A stretch of DNA of 62,726 bases, filler included, from Squatina squatina (Eukaryota): the NCBI GenBank assembly GCA_031763465.1. It is 3 parts of 3 records of this genome, joined end to end, with 100 filler letters (N's around TTAATTAATTAA, not from the genome) between each part and the next. Parts side by side here need not be neighbours in the genome. Positions count along the whole stretch, not along the records: positions 1 to 16,422 come from JARFOE010000230.1; 2 more parts are not named here. The stretch is one strand, 5' to 3'. Every line of letters begins with the position of its first letter. The first letter of the stretch is position 1. Below the pieces are notes generated by a model. That model was given only the letters and a program-made list of their open reading frames with translations, had not been told where the DNA came from and did not search any database. Made by a program: the position numbers and the translations under genes. This document shows, piece after piece, positions 1 through 12,928 of the stretch.

Positions 1-1139
1 TGCTTTTGTGCAAGTTCTTTTATTTCACTGTACAACAGATCCGTAAAATGAGTCCCTCACTGGTCCTGCTGTTTAATGCAAGAACATAATGGCTGACTTC
101 ACTGAGCAAGGTTCCAATTACAGCTCATTTTCTGAAAATACAGGTCAGGTAGTCTATTTGTGTTCCTATTACCGTTAATAGAGATAACCAGTAGAGTGCG
201 TAAATGCCAAGAAACACCTCACAAGAGATCAGCTTTAATAGTCGCTCATCTGGTGCGGTCAATAATTAAGCAATGGCTTGAAATATAATTAACCGGTGGA
301 ATAGGATAACAACCCCAGAGACACTGCGTTCAGAGTCACGAGGGTCGATGACTTCTATCCTGGGACAGCCCAATCAATTCTTCGGTTGGCTCACTGGTTA
401 GAAACTTCAGAATGAAACTGATTTAATTAAGCTTTAAAATTCACTGAGAATTAAATTGGTTAAAGAGATAGATGTCTAGTCAATTTAAAAAATCATGCAG
501 ATGTGAGCCCAGCATTCACANNNNNNNNNNNNNNNNNNNNNNNNNNNNNNNNNNNNNNNNNNNNNNNNNNNNNNNNNNNNACACTGCACGCTTCCTGCCA
601 GAGGTTCGCTTTTCCTAAAAGAACAGCCCCTGACCTTTGAGCCCTGCTTCTATGGTTACAGTGAGCTGGGATAAAACATCTGCACGCTAGTGACTTACTG
701 AATTGTCTTGAGTGAAGTTCATGGATACAGCACATAAAGGCAGCCCTTAGCTTCCGAGACGCTGTTTTTATTGTTAGTCAAAAAGGCGTGACATTCCCAA
801 TAATAGGTCCATTACTTTTTTTTACTAGCTGAAGATGTGAAATGCCTGAATAGGCATAAAACCTGATGTGTGGGCTGAATAAAAGACTTCAACTGACATC
901 TCCTCACAAACAGCATCTACGCTGATAGATTTGTTTGTATTTTTTTTTAAAAGGTTCCTACAGATTTACACCAGGGTTCAAACAAAATTTGATATTTAAG
1001 AATCAACATGAAAATGTGGAAGTCAAATTCTATGAATGAAAATTACTACAAGAATTTAGAGCCTTGCGCACCCCCCACCTCCCCACCAAAAAAAAATCCA
1101 GTGTTCCAGTGATGTGCAGACAAACAGAAATTCAGTTTA

Positions 1140-1743
1140 ACTAGCAATGTCAATGCTGTGGCTACTAGACCAGGTCAGAGGCCGGGTATTTTGCGTCGAG
1201 TGCCTCACCTCCTGACTGCCCAAAGCCTCTTCACCACCTGCACGGCAATGCAATGCTCTCCATTTGCCTGGACGGTTGCATCTGCAACAACACTCAAGAA
1301 GCTCGACACCATCCACGACAAAGTTGCCCACTTCATCGGCACCTCATTCACTAGTCTAAATATCTATCACCGGCATGCTCTGGCTGCAGTATGTATTATC
1401 GACAGGACACACCGTAGCAACTCACCAAGGCTTCTTTGTCAGCACCTCCGAAACCTGCAACCTCCACCACTTAGTAGGACATGGACAACAGGTGCATGGG
1501 AACACCAGCACCTCTAGTTCTCCTCCAAGTCACATATTATGCTGACTTGGACACATATCACCGTTCCTTCATCGTTGGTGGGTAAAAATCATGGAACTCC
1601 CTCCCTAACAGCACTGTGGGAGTACCTTCAGCACATGGACTGTAGCGGTTCAAGTAGAAGGCGGCTCACCACCTTCTCAGGCAACTAAGGATGGGCAATA
1701 AAAGCCTTGCAAGCGATGCCCACATCCCGAGAATGAATAAAAA
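1140..1743 (+). mobile_element. CR1-clade LINE 3' fragment (degenerate ORF2 C-terminus plus 3' tail)
   Basis: Translates as ...GQRPGILRRVPHLLTAQSLFT..CSPFAW..ASATTLKKLDTIHDKVAHFIG..., a post-RT non-LTR region. Ends in the tail GGATGGGCAATAAA..GATGCCCACATCCC..AATGAATAAAAA. Confidence 0.8.
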
Positions 1744-1934
1744 CATTCGGCTCCTTATGTTTCAAAATAAACATTCCCCATTGTTCTGACCCAAATAAAT
1801 CTCCAAATGTTTAAAAAAGTGACAAAATTGTCAGAAAAAAAAATTAAAATAAACATGGACCAGTACTAAAAAGTACTGGAAAACTGAAAATTTTAAAAAG
1901 AAATCAAATGTTTCTCTAAGAACTCCATTAGGAA

Positions 1935-2111
1935 CATAATTGAGCCTATTCCGCCATTCAATGAGATAGTGGCTGATCTGCAAACTCACTCCATAGGCCT
2001 TTGGCCCATACCCCTTAATACCATTGGTTAACTTAAATCTATCAATCTCAGATTTAAAATTAACAATTGATCTAGCATCAATTGCCATTTGCAGAAGAGA
2101 GTTCCAAACTT
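1935..2111 (-). mobile_element. CR1 LINE 3' end fragment
   Basis: Minus strand reads AIDARSIVNFKSEIDRF..NGIKGYG, the same C-terminus as the copy at 24936-25231. Confidence 0.75.
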
Positions 2112-2376
2112 NNNNNNNNNNNNNNNNNNNNNNNNNNNNNNNNNNNNNNNNNNNNNNNNNNNNNNNNNNNNNNNNNNNNNNNNNNNNNNNNNNNNNNNNN
2201 NNNNNNNNNNNAGGAGTGTGGAGAATAAACTGCTCCAGAATCGATTAGGCATAATTTTTCTCGTTTATTCAGTACCAAAGTGTAATACATGCACAACGGC
2301 ATTTAAGACATTTTGAACTTGTATGCATCATTTCGTTCACTGAATTTTCGCTGCAGACACAAAATGGGGGTGATGT

Positions 2377-2494
2377 GGTAATTTTCAGTTTAGGTGCGGG
2401 CAGAAAACTGGTCATTACAGCTCGGCTGCTCCTTATATATCCCGCCCAATCTTTCTTTCCACTTACTTCTGCTGGATACAAACTGAAAATTACC
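2377..2494. mobile_element. Short MITE-like element with 15-bp perfect terminal inverted repeats
   Basis: GGTAATTTTCAGTTT (2377-2391) is the exact reverse complement of AAACTGAAAATTACC (2480-2494). Confidence 0.55.
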
Positions 2495-3580
2495 CTCAAT
2501 GTTTGTTTTCAATGATGAGAGTGATATTTATTCCTGGAATATATTAGCTCCATTACTGAGTTCTGCATATTGACATTTTACAGCACAGTGAGCGATCTGA
2601 ACATGCAATTCAAAACTTTGATAACTTATTGGGAAAGACCAGCTACATTGTTCTACAAATGGCAGGGTTTGAAAGGTGTAAACCAACACCATGGGAATGG
2701 TAGCAAGCAGCACAGGTGTAGCAATTAACCCTTTGAGGGATGAATGCATTCTGCAGCTTTCTAAACATCTACCTTCTCTATTCTGTGATATGAAGTAATA
2801 TTAATTTTTTGACATATAATGCATCTGACAATGCTCATCAGGGGTGTGATGCAGCTGCCCCATTTTCACTATATATGGAAAAGTAAGACGTTAATTGTTA
2901 GAATTTAAAACTATTTATAATTCACCTTGAGCTGCAGAGAACACACACACTATGGCACAAATGTTTCCATGACAACCATCATAATGACAACAAGTACATA
3001 CTGAAAGGCAATGCTGAATTCTAATGACATTGCCACTTGGGCAAGGTGTAGTGACTGTGGAATCATAACCAAAAACAAATTCTAATGTTGCCCCAATCCA
3101 GTGAAGATATCAATTGACATTGACATCAAATAAATTTAGTTTAAAAATCCTATTTTCCTTATGTTTCATTGCCAACTTTCTATTATGATTTTTTTTTAAA
3201 ACATATTTGTTTGTATCTGGATCCAAAGAGCAAATGCACTGAGCACGCACTAAATTTAATACTCAACAGGGGTAGATTTTCCAGGTTCTGCACGTCCATA
3301 ATGGAGCCAGTCCAATTTTGCATCAGTTCAATTAATGCAAGGAACATTGGGCAGGTGGCTTCCCATTTGATTTACCTGTATTTGATCNNNNNNNNNNNNN
3401 NNNNNNNNNNNNNNNNNNNNNNNNNNNNNNNNNNNNNNNNNNNNNNNNNNNNNNNNNNNNNNNNNNNNNNNNNNNNNNNNNNNNNNNCTTCACAGAGACG
3501 CGACCGAATTTCACCCCCTAGGAATTTCAAAAAGACTTAAGAATTTAAGGTGCTACAGCTTTCAATTTTTGTTATCCTAC

Positions 3581-3763
3581 CTCATGTTCAGACATGTCGT
3601 TTGAAACCTGTACAAAGACATCAACTGGATTTTTCTCGATGAAGTTTTCCGCTAATGTCAAATCTGGAATAATGTCAACATGTAGCTCTGCTGGCCGATC
3701 TGAAAAGTTGCATTGCCGGCCAAATTCGCTTCGTATTTTGGTATAAACATATACAATCTCCAT
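3581..3763 (-). CDS. DNAI2: Dynein axonemal intermediate chain 2, first coding exon
   Basis: [61 protein letters not shown] matches the DNAI2 N-terminus (human [27 protein letters not shown]...MSEHE). Acceptor ttgcag lies before 3768 and donor GAG|gtagga after 3581; 183 coding nt. Confidence 0.93.
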
Positions 3764-6278
3764 GATACCTGCAAGAAACAATGGTAATGTGCTTACTCCC
3801 ACAAATTCTTCATCAATGGGTGAAAAGTAAAATGCTTGAAGTTTTTTTAAAAAGTTACTTTTACCATGAATCATTTTTGTAATATTAAAAATCCTGTAAG
3901 AGCTTCCTCCAACTCCCAGATGTATATTTTTCTTGCGGTCAATTATTATACAACAGAAAAAACCAAACACAGATTATATTTGAACCATTATTCCAAGCTT
4001 TCTCATCAAGTCATGTTTTTTTGAGGTACTGTGATCAAATACACATCTCATTATTTACATTATTCATAATTTGGTCTCCTGTGGCATTNNNNNNNNNNNN
4101 NNNNNNNNNNNNNNNNNNNNNNNNNNNNNNNNNNNNNNNNNNNNNNNNNNNNNNNNNNNNNNNNNNNNNNNNNNNNNNNNNNNNNNNNCTGTAGCACAAG
4201 GGATATTACCTATCCCAGGTTGCAGTACATTAAGAGTCATGTAAATCAAAAGTGCCAAATCCTTTTGTTTGGCTTAAGTTGAGTCTGTACTAACAAATCA
4301 TTTCAATAATGCTGCACATTTAAAACAATAGCTTTTCAGCAACTCACTGTTAGAAACTTAGAAAGTAATGAAGATAAACTGTTTATTGAAAATCAATAAT
4401 TTATTCTGTATATATTTGTGTTTTTCATTGCGAAATGGTTACTTCTTTGCAGAGAAGATTAAAAAAAGATTCCTAATGCAATACCTTGGGAACAGTGTTG
4501 ACACAATTCAATACATTTACAAAAATTGTGCTATTAAAAAATCCTAAATTGAAATTAACTACACAGTATAAAATGAGAATATCGCATCAGGGTTAAATAT
4601 TGCTGATATCTCATCAGTGCCAATGGCCATTATAACTCAAACAACTTTGCAGTCTAACACTGAAACAACAGCTGTACGATTGTTACTTGGATCTACCCAG
4701 TCACTGCTGAATAGACTGGATGCAGCTCAATTCAATTTCTGCATAATCCTCAATAGATAAGCAAAGTCCATCACTCATTCCTGAGCCGAATATTGTCCAC
4801 AAATGAAGAGTAGTCTTGTTAAGTGAACCTTATCGAAGTTTGACCACTTGGCCGCTGTTTTGCTTCAGGATTATTTTCCAGTGTTAAATCACAAACATAT
4901 AGTTATTTTATGACAGAGATTTTCTGCATTTTGCACATTTCCTTTTTTCATCAATTTCACTGGGAATGGCAGAACTGGAAAAAATTGGCATCTCACAGCA
5001 AAGATTTATCTTAGCTTTAGTACACATTTTTCAGTCTATATAGTAGAAATTAATGCCTCAAAACATGTTAACGTGTTAGTCTGCAAGAACTTATTTCAAT
5101 TGAAATTAATGAGCAAATGTTAAAAAAATAAATTTACTTACAACATGGTAACTTCATCATGCAGTCAAACACTACAAAACTCCAAATGCATTTGTTGTTT
5201 TGCCCACAGCAGGTCACATGGTTTCATCAGTGGAGAAAAATCATACAGTGGTCGAGCTTTGTATGATAATTCTATGAGTTAAACAGTGGTTCACAATATA
5301 GAGAAAAATGTTTTGTCTCTATGACAGATGTAAAGTACAAAATACCTTAATATCATTAGAAAAGATTCCATTAATTATGTGTGCCTGGTAGATAACACAA
5401 GATTTAATTGGATCACAATGTTATGAAATGTAAATACAATGCCAAAAGCAAAGATCAAATCTTCCTCCCCAATCTTTATAACATTTCAGNNNNNNNNNNN
5501 NNNNNNNNNNNNNNNNNNNNNNNNNNNNNNNNNNNNNNNNNNNNNNNNNNNNNNNNNNNNNNNNNNNNNNNNNNNNNNNNNNNNNNNNNAACTAAGCAAC
5601 CTGAACCATGCAAGACCAGGACAGTCCTGGGTTTGATCTGTGGCCCGTACTTAGCCTGGCAATTTCAGCATTTAACTATCATTTCTACCCACCCCATTCC
5701 ACTTGGTAAGGCACTGAAATCTCTACGACTTAAAACCTTCACCGCAGACGTACTTAAATTAGAACAAAGCATCGGCTGAAAGGGACTGAATTAGATTTAT
5801 CTAAAGTGCATTTTGTTTTGAGGATTTAAATTTCACATCTGTGTTACTCTGCGAAAGAAATGCAGGTCGACTGGATGCAATTCAGTTTGAATGGTTCTCA
5901 AATTCATTTATAGAGCAATAATTAGAGCAACAAAAAGAGACAAATAACCAGCCGTTTTCAGTGCCACAGTGAGAGCTTCTGCATTTTGAGATCACTGCTA
6001 ATTCACAGTCATTTTGCAGAGGCTTGGGAACAAGGAGGCTAATAAGTATTCTTTGATTTGCCACGTACAGCTTGCTGAAGTGTTGTTACACTATTTTGAA
6101 GGTGCAGAGGAGACAAGGCACTTTACTCCAGGTGGGGTAGAAAGCCAAAAATTAGAAAGCAATCACAGTCAGCTTTTGTGTGGCTCCTGGTGGTCTTCTC
6201 AAGAGCAAGGGCCTGGAAGAGGCGAGCGAGGTGGAATAATATGCCTGCACTTTCTGCAGGGGAATAAGTAATTATAAA

Positions 6279-6279
<1 letters not shown>

Positions 6280-6349
<70 letters not shown>
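6280..6349. repeat. (TG)n microsatellite abutting a gap
   Basis: Seen directly in the sequence. Confidence 0.97.
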
Positions 6350-6351
<2 letters not shown>

Positions 6352-6451
6352 NNNNNNNNNNNNNNNNNNNNNNNNNNNNNNNNNNNNNNNNNNNNNNNNN
6401 NNNNNNNNNNNNNNNNNNNNNNNNNNNNNNNNNNNNNNNNNNNNNNNNNNN

Positions 6452-6520
6452 CCGTAAAAACCGATGCAAAGTAACTGTTTAACTCCTCAGCCATTTCTTT
6501 GTTCCCTGTCACTACTTCCA
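6452..6520 (-). mobile_element. CR1 ORF2 fragment
   Basis: EVVTGNKEMAEELNSYFASVFT is the characteristic CR1 ORF2 linker motif. Confidence 0.75.
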
Positions 6521-7102
6521 AATCGTTAAATCAGATTGCATTATTTTGCAACACAAACCAGTTCTATGCACCAAATTTATTTCAGAATTCAATTACACCC
6601 ACCCGCCGAAACAGTTACAGACATTCTAAACTGGTCACGTCCCTTCTTTTTTGTGCAACAAATGTTTCACAAATGACCGAGTGCAGGACTATGATGTCAT
6701 CCGCATGGCATTCTGTTGGTCTAAATTAACCTGTTCATCAGTATGTAATTTCCACAAAAATATTTTACTCATTGAGTGGAGTTTATTTAAAGATCACAAA
6801 GCTGCACTATTGCATCACAGAGGGCCAGTTTTAATGGCAAGATGAACAGTGTCCGTGCTGCAAAACTACCACGACTCAAGCTACAAGAAACTTGAACAAT
6901 TTTCTTGCATAGCCATTGAGGACACGATAGCCATTACCCAATACACTGAACTATTAGTTTTTATGAATTTAATCGATAGCTTCCATATGAAGTGTCTTGC
7001 ATCTAATACTATCAATTAATCAGAAATAACTGTGTTTCATTAAAAAAATCCTTGATAGTGTTAGATTATTTCAGTAAGATTAATATTCTTGCTGGTCCTT
7101 AC

Positions 7103-7323
7103 CTGTAATATTCAAAGTAGCTGATATTATCAGCAATTTCTGCCACGTTCAAATTTATATCATGCCATGTTGGGAGGCCAGAGAGCTGCAAAATGATTGC
7201 ATCTGCCATTTGCTGCATGAACTTCAGTGCCTGAATAAACTGTATTCTTTGAGCAAAGATCTCATCGAGCCTTGCTATATGCTGCTTCAGATCAACTTCC
7301 ATATTACTGGTCGTCCAAGAGAC
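7103..7323 (-). CDS. TTYH2: Tweety family member 2, internal exon (human exon 4 equivalent)
   Basis: VSWTTSNMEVDLKQHIARLDEIFAQRIQFIQALKFMQQMADAIILQLSGLPTW...YFEYYR matches TTYH2 (VSGTTTQMKVDLEQHLARLSEIFA..LKFIQQMA..QLSGLPVW..EYYR). Bounded by a ttttag acceptor and a gtaagg donor; 221 nt. Confidence 0.92.
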
Positions 7324-7939
7324 CTAAAAAACAAAACCAGATGTAGTCGAAAGACATTTTTAAAATAAATTACCCCAGCAATTCAGCTAAAATAAATTGC
7401 CACAATTGCATTTTCAGCCCAATTTCTTTCAATGGATGATTCTTAAGCAGGTGGGGGACAACCATTGGGCTATGTCCTTTCATCTTGGGGAACCAGCCTG
7501 ACAGATGGGATGAGTTTCTTCTCGCAGACAGACATTTAGTCCCAATCAAAATTAGAGCAGTCTCACCTCGCGTCTCACTGGGTATGAATGCATGGTAGAG
7601 CAATCTTACAAGGAGACTAAATCAATCAGTTGATGCATGCAGAAGGCTGAAATTAGCAGCCAAGATGTATTCAGTTATAATTTTGTCTCAGAAATTCAAA
7701 TGGCTTTTCAAAAGTCACCTAATTAAAATTTCTTGGAAAAAATACAGATCTATCAAGGCAAGTTTTCACTGACTGCAGAGATATGACTTTTGACACAGTG
7801 ACGTTAATTTCAGCATTTTTGCACCAACTGGTAAAATACACATATTAAATAACTAATAGATTTTTCAATGTGTTATGTTTTTGGGTTTGGTCAGACATTT
7901 CACTTATCGACTAGGAGAGAAAGGAGGTAAATAAATGGA

Positions 7940-8240
7940 AAAGGAATTCCTAATGTATGTCGAGGATTCCTTCCTCAAACAACTTGTTAGCAGATCTACA
8001 AGGGCAGAAGTGCTGCTAGGTCTGATTATGAGTCATGAAGTAGATTAGGTAGAGAAGCTAAAGGAAGGTGAGCACTGAGGGAACAGCGGCCGCAATTTAA
8101 TAAGGTTTCAGATACAGCTAGAAAGGGGAAAAGTCAGTGCAAAGACTACAACACCAAATTGGATCAAAGTAGTTTTAGAAACATTAAAATGAACTAGCTG
8201 AGGTGGAATCTAAGAAGAAACTGGCACACAGGACTGCAGA
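7940..8240 (+). mobile_element. Degenerate CR1 ORF2 endonuclease-region fragment
   Basis: DSFLKQLVSRSTRAEVLLGLIM..EGEH*GNSGRNLIRF resembles CR1 DxFLxQxVxxPTR..LDLVL..GEHLGxSDHN; contains in-frame stops. Confidence 0.65.
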
Positions 8241-10169
8241 ACAACAGTGGGATTTTAAAGTTTTAAAACAGAGATCGCAACGCTGCAGNNNNNNNNNNNN
8301 NNNNNNNNNNNNNNNNNNNNNNNNNNNNNNNNNNNNNNNNNNNNNNNNNNNNNNNNNNNNNNNNNNNNNNNNNNNNNNNNNNNNNNNNTGATCTCAGCTC
8401 AGTAAAAACAAGACACAGTCCTTGCTGTTTCGGCACACTGTTTATTTAATACAGATTGCAGTACTATATTTCCAAAAACCTGCAGCAACCCTCCAGAAAT
8501 GGAAAATTCCCAACATTACAAGATTGGAAATGTTCCAATTTTTGCAAAATTTAATTTTATATTGTGTTTAATTAAACCACGTTCAGGTAACATGACAGTG
8601 CTCCCATATTGATGGAATTTCATGGATAACGTCCCCTCTCACGATCGACTGTAAGGCACTGCAGCACAGCAAACATCGGGCCGTTAAAACCTTCCTTTTT
8701 GCTCAAGATGTTTTGAATATTTGTAATAGCAGTTCCACTCAATGCAAAACCAGTTTATTCTCACTATAGGGAATAGGCTACTCTTGTAACACAAGACAAG
8801 GCTGGGATAACCATTCCTCCCAACAGTATTCAGATTCCCATTCCCATAATAAGAAAATGAAGTGATATTTAAAATGGAGCCACGAGAGTATTCGTGACAA
8901 GGGCTCAGATGGACAAGAAGCACTGGAGGCATCTTGAGGGAGAAGAGGTCAGAAACAGAAGCAGATGGAGGGAGGAAACAGAGCCCCAAACAAAAAGCAT
9001 ACAATATCAAATGTGGCCTCCAGGTACTCAAATTGTTATGTACACCACATATCAGGTAACAGACAAGCATGTCTGAATCCTAAGCTTTCATCTGTATAAA
9101 AAAAATATTTGAAGTATTTTATTTTATATATCCGCATCAAGGTGAGGGATGTAAGTAGTTTCTNNNNNNNNNNNNNNNNNNNNNNNNNNNNNNNNNNNNN
9201 NNNNNNNNNNNNNNNNNNNNNNNNNNNNNNNNNNNNNNNNNNNNNNNNNNNNNNNNNNNNNNNAACAGATTTTAAAAAGCACAATAAACTGGATAATTTA
9301 AATTTTAAAATGTACATTTACATTTAATCTTCCCCCCCCCCCCCCCCACTCAGTGCTTGTAGGTTCCTTAATTATGGAGTTATGTAATGGTCAATTACTG
9401 CATCCAGAAATGCTTTCCTCCTGCTTGATCAATCACTGTGCCCCTGCTGTTTGGAATTTGCTTCCAAAACAACTTCACCGTTTTACTACGCTGACTTCAA
9501 AAATACAAAAACCCATTTACTTGACTGTGCTTTGAGATTTTCCCCACCAAATTCCCTCCTTTTCAGGCTTGGTACTCACGGCTTTACGTTATTAAATGTT
9601 TTGTTTTTAACATAGCAGGCACTATAGTAGCTGTTCAAATTCCTCCACTATTGCCGACTCAACAATGTCAGTCAGGCATTTCAAGGGATTACTGCTGACA
9701 TGGTAGCCACGGTGTTTGCTGAATGAAGTAAAACTCCTGCTGTTCTCACAGGAAGGGATATGCAGGGTACGTGGTACATTAAGCAGCGTAACCTACCAAT
9801 TTAAAAAAATGGTGCTGCCCCATCAGCTGCAATACAGCAACATTTTGTTTCAAATGCACCCAAATTTGCCGATTTAAAAAATATATAATGGATGTAACTA
9901 TCGTGCCGGTTATGCTGTGCGAGTTTTTTATTGTAATTAGATATATACATATAGCATCATTTGAACTCATCAGGCCATTCTGTAAACAGGCAAATCAACG
10001 CAGAAATTTGGAAATGTGGAAAACCACCCAATCAATGAAAAAGATAAATAAATAAAGCAGAAACACACAGAATTTGGACAATTCTGATCAACATGTTTTA
10101 GTGTAGCTGTATTTAAAAGATCAACTTTTATTTGAAAATGCCATCCAATACACCATTAATAAGGTAATT

Positions 10170-10285
10170 GACCTGAAATGTTAACTGTTTCTCTCTGCAC
10201 AGTTGCACCTGACCTGCTGAATATTTCCAGCATTTTCGGTTTTTATTTCAGATTGCCAGCAACCGTAGTATTGTGCTTTTGTGTG
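10170..10285 (+). repeat. High-copy interspersed repeat (…GACCTGCTGAGTATTTCCAGCATTTTCTG… family)
   Basis: Related copies occur at ~36200-36290, 41145-41220 and, inverted, at ~27410-27470 and 54790-54860. Confidence 0.65.
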
Positions 10286-10559
10286 AGCTTCAACTTACTG
10301 AATACAGACAACTCTGAGAAACCTGTTTCAATGTGACCACGTTTAGCTTTACAGATACGTGCGTACAAAAATCAAAGCCAGCTCAGTTAAATGTTAAGCT
10401 AAATTTTAATGAGTGGATTTAAACTGGCAGCAGTATTGTCACTGCAAAGATTTGTTGATAAGAGCTCGACAGATTGCAGAGAAGAGGAAATTGCATTTCA
10501 TATAATGGCTCACAGGACAATTCCCCCAACTCTTTTCAACTTCCATATCTTCTACTTAC

Positions 10560-10732
10560 CAGCTGATAAGACCAGCAGTCACAGCCATCCACGTGACACA
10601 GCATGAGTGTGGCCTCTTGGTTTCCTCATCGTCCGTTCGTTTGCAGCAGCAGAGGCATAACAAGTAAATGGAAATGAAAATCAAATTAAGGCCCAAGCAG
10701 ACGGCAGCAATTGCGGCCAAAAACGTCAGTGC
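10560..10732 (-). CDS. TTYH2: Tweety family member 2, internal exon (human exon 2 equivalent; TM1-TM2 region)
   Basis: ALTFLAAIAAVCLGLNLIFISIYLLCLCCCKRTDDEETKRPHSCCVTWMAVTAGLISC matches TTYH2 (AAVCLGLNLIFL...HSCCITWTAVVAGLICC). Bounded by a ctcag acceptor and a gtaagt donor; 173 nt. Not in the supplied ORF track. Confidence 0.92.
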
Positions 10733-10837
10733 CTGAGNNNNNNNNNNNNNNNNNNNNNNNNNNNNNNNNNNNNNNNNNNNNNNNNNNNNNNNNNNNNNNN
10801 NNNNNNNNNNNNNNNNNNNNNNNNNNNNNNNNNNNNN

Positions 10838-11062
10838 TGGCTAGCTAGGACACTGGGGCAAACTCTCCCGCACTTCTTCAAATAATGCCATGAAATCTTT
10901 TACGTCCACCCGAGAGGGCAGATGTAAAAGATTTCACTGCATTATTTGAAGGAGGGTTCGGTTTGATGCCTCATCTGAAAGATTTTGTGCTCAAGTTCTG
11001 GAGTGGGGCTTGAAACCCATAACTTTCTTACCCAGAGGAGAGAGTTTAAACCCACTGAGCTG
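10838..11062 (-). mobile_element. SacSINE1/Deu-domain tRNA SINE, partial, with internal inverted duplication
   Basis: Reverse complement matches the core of the 46465-46732 copy (CAGGTGGACGTAAAAGAT..GGCA.TATTTGAAGAAG). Confidence 0.75.
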
Positions 11063-11518
11063 CATGGTCTGACCAGCTCCAAACTGACATGTTAGAACAG
11101 GGTCTCAAATCAGTGGTTTGGACTCCAAAAGTAAAGGGATCTACAAATTGTTAACTGGCACCAAAATTAATAGGATTAACAAAAAAAAGTGGTCTCTCTG
11201 CTTTCCCACCATTGGCCATGCTTATGCAAATTGATTTGCATCAGGTCTATTCTGCATATCAGGTGTTACTTGTGGGACTTGACTTTAGCTCCCACTCATT
11301 TGACTAATGTTATCCAATCCATTAAATTTGTTTTTCTACACCTTCAAAATATTTCTAACCTTGCATGGACCACTGGTTTAAGCCCACAGCCCATTTATCT
11401 GTGGCACAGCACAAAGACTCTCAGCTCTATAACTGCAGAAATATTGCCATTCGTAATACACAATTTTGCTCCAGCACAAATGGCGACACCCACCCCCACC
11501 CCGCACTCTGGTCAGCTA

Positions 11519-11692
<174 letters not shown>

Positions 11693-12928
11693 TTAATACA
11701 GCATACAGGAACAAATCCTCAAGCATCCCAAATCACATACCAGGAGAATCCAGGCTTCTTATATTGCCATTTCCAGACAGATGACCGATAACCCATTAGT
11801 CATTGATGCCCAGGGAAAGTGACTGCAGATCTCATCCTTACCAAGGCCAGTACACAAACCTATTCAAGTTGGCCAATGCTCCATCACAGCAAATAAGTAA
11901 CCACAATTAACTTCTGTATCTGCCNNNNNNNNNNNNNNNNNNNNNNNNNNNNNNNNNNNNNNNNNNNNNNNNNNNNNNNNNNNNNNNNNNNNNNNNNNNN
12001 NNNNNNNNNNNNNNNNNNNNNNNNCAAATGACTATCAACTACCAGTAGTATGGACAAGTTACTAATGGAAATTGTTCATGTAGTACTGCTTCATGTTATT
12101 TGAGAAAAAGTTCCCTGGAATTATTTTCTTCTTTTACCACGTTTGCTTAATTTCTCTCTTCTCCTTTCTCCTTTTAATGTTATTTGGGACTGTGCTATAA
12201 TGGAAATACCAACCATCATTTATTTCTTTCATTATTCTGTAACTTCTCTTCATTTCTGCCTTGCATTATGCCAGTTTAAAATTACACTAAACTCCAAGCA
12301 TATTACACAGTCTGCAAATTTTGAATTCCAGTTTCTGTGTTAAGTTTTCATGCTCATCATGGAGAAGTTGGTCGTTGATAGACAATGGAACTCTTTCACT
12401 CTTCCCACAAAAGGCTAATATTAAGCACTCTCAAATTGGTTTGAAGAACAGCCAGAGGAAGAGGAAAGTAATTGCAAATTTGGGAGTGCACCATCTTAAA
12501 CCAGAATTTCAAAATATAAGGCAGAGTATTGAAATATATTGAGATGTTGACGAGCCACATCTGAAGAAAGTCCTTTTGATCTCACAGTATGCAGTCAAAA
12601 ATTAAAATGCAAGATCAAAAATAGCATGTACTTTTCAGAAAGATAATACAAACACAGTACTTGTATCACTTAGGAATGTGCATCATACATAGTTAATTCT
12701 GGTTGACCAGAACAAGCAGTGAGCCACCATGTGTATCTCAGATGCTGCTAGTCTATGCGGATTGGAGAATTTTGGTTACAGCCTTTATTACAGAATCTAT
12801 TTTGAGTTTGTGGTGCAAGCGACTAGTGCAATCCCGCCATAATTCATCAATGCTGTAAATTCAAGGACAGACAAATTCATCTTGCTCTCTCCATTCTTAA
12901 AAATGTATATATTCCACAAAGGCCAATT

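Noticed and set aside
2528-2749. Possible next DNAI2 exon (IAHCAVK..NIFQE versus MEHCIKQNNAIDIYEEY)
   Set aside because: The resemblance is weak, an in-frame stop follows, and there are no fitting splice sites.
3572-3970. 132-aa ORF as a complete gene
   Set aside because: Only 3581-3763 matches DNAI2; the rest is intron read-through beyond the splice sites.
4640-4760. Plus-strand peptide LLLGSTQSLLNRLD resembling a tweety segment
   Set aside because: Wrong strand relative to the TTYH2 exons and no convincing exon boundaries; likely chance.
6279-6482. CVCVCV and HTHTHT ORFs
   Set aside because: These are translations of a TG microsatellite.
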